A DNA stretch of 64,000 nucleotides. Source: Camelus ferus (taxonomy: Eukaryota). Position 1 is the first letter of the stretch; every line of letters starts with the position of its first letter. Positions 63,106 to 64,000 of the stretch are shown one piece after another. A program made the position numbers and the translations under genes. The DNA lies in assembly GCF_009834535.1 (NCBI RefSeq), contig NC_045696.1:69318001-69382000 (forward strand), given 5' to 3'. Below the pieces are notes generated by a model. The model made no database searches and was not told the DNA's origin. It was given only the letters and a program-made list of their open reading frames with translations.

Positions 63106-63329
63106 AGTATTGGATTTGGAGTCAACATCTGCATGGAGATTCCATCAGAGCTCTTACTAGCTGTGTGCTCTTTCAGCCTTGTGTCTGTTTTGTTTGCCGT
63201 GGGGATGATCAGCCTAGCTGATGGGGCTGATGTCAAGAACTGCGGGACAGAATGCACATGCTGCCACATCATAGGTGCTCACTTAGCATCAGTTAAGTCT
63301 GGGGAGAATGGTAGATAACAAGCATGTGT

Positions 63330-63730
63330 TGTTCAGGACTCTAGCTGCAAATGTTAAACCCAACTCAAAGCAGCAAAAGCAAAAAATGGAAGTCCAGTGG
63401 TGGTGAGGCCACAGGCATAACCAGAACAGGGACTCAAATGATGTCATCAGATCTGTGTCTCCCTCCACCACTCAGCTCTACTTGCCTTTAAGGACAAGGT
63501 TCTTTTAGCAGAAGGAGAGGGGATTATTGTGACTCACTGTTCAGGTCTATATTACCCAACTCATGACCTCGTAGGTGCTCCCAGGGGAAGACTGATCCAG
63601 ATTGAGGCATGTGCTGTCTTGTGAGCCTGTCTCTGCGATAGGAAGATGGGAAAAAACCGCTTGGGTGGGCTCATCCAGGGGTTGATGAAATCTTCCTGTG
63701 GCCAGAGGGTGGGATGTTGCAACTGATGGT
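63330..63730 (-). mobile_element. Old MLT1 (K-like) LTR fragment
   Basis: 'aggactctagctgcaaatg...cccaactcaaa...gggactcaaatgatgtcatcag'. Confidence 0.5.
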
Positions 63731-64000
63731 CCCCGCAGAGACATGAGGAGACATGGGGGAGGGCAGTTCCCAAAGGAAGAGGAAGTTGTTATCACCAGAA
63801 GCAGGAGAAGGAAAGGAGCCCCAGGCAGACCACCACCACAAGATGAATAAAAGGATCTGAGCTGCCTCCATGGGGTGCCTGAAACAATATTTCTCATTAC
63901 AAGATGTCCCAAATGTCTGGGTCTTGAGCAAAGGGAAACAGGTGATCCGTGGGGCAGTCCACGTGCTCTGGTATGTCTCTCCATCATAGTACTACGGGTC

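Noticed and set aside
1..64000. Prokaryotic-type systems (CRISPR, operons, defence islands) or an intact novel gene system
   Set aside because: The sequence is repeat-rich mammalian DNA with no spaced repeat arrays or gene-dense coding structure. Scattered AP-1/E-box heptamers are expected by chance.

Overview
This is mammalian non-coding DNA (intergenic or deep intronic), most likely from a camelid (camel/alpaca/llama). The assignment rests on two tRNA-derived SINEs of the camelid Vic-1 type and the absence of Alu, B1/B2, Bov-A/tA, PRE-1 or SINEC copies. I cannot support any intact protein-coding gene, RNA gene, CpG island or CRISPR array; the listed ORFs look like chance ORFs or transposon debris. 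About half of the window is layered transposon fossils. These include MIR, L2 and L3/CR1, several L1M pieces, and hAT elements (MER45R-, Zaphod-, MER5-, MER33-, MER3-, MER58-, MER94- and MER102-like). There are also a MADE2 mariner MITE, MaLR (MLT1) LTRs, an ERVL (LTR16-type) LTR with internal region, MER74, a MER4-group internal region, a decayed retroviral integrase and three ERV1-type solo LTRs. The most unusual structures directly visible are: (1) an MLT1 LTR R-region retrocopy with an A-tail and 20-bp TSD inside an L1; (2) an L1 5'-end-only insertion with a 12-bp direct repeat inside another L1; (3) a 55-bp locally templated insertion into a MIR; and (4) a TSD-flanked solo LTR rich in CCAAT and octamer motifs. 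Several repeat-free islands carry candidate regulatory motifs. I found no new biological system. Repeat family names come from my recall of consensus sequences, and most repeat boundaries are approximate; confirm with RepeatMasker/Dfam.
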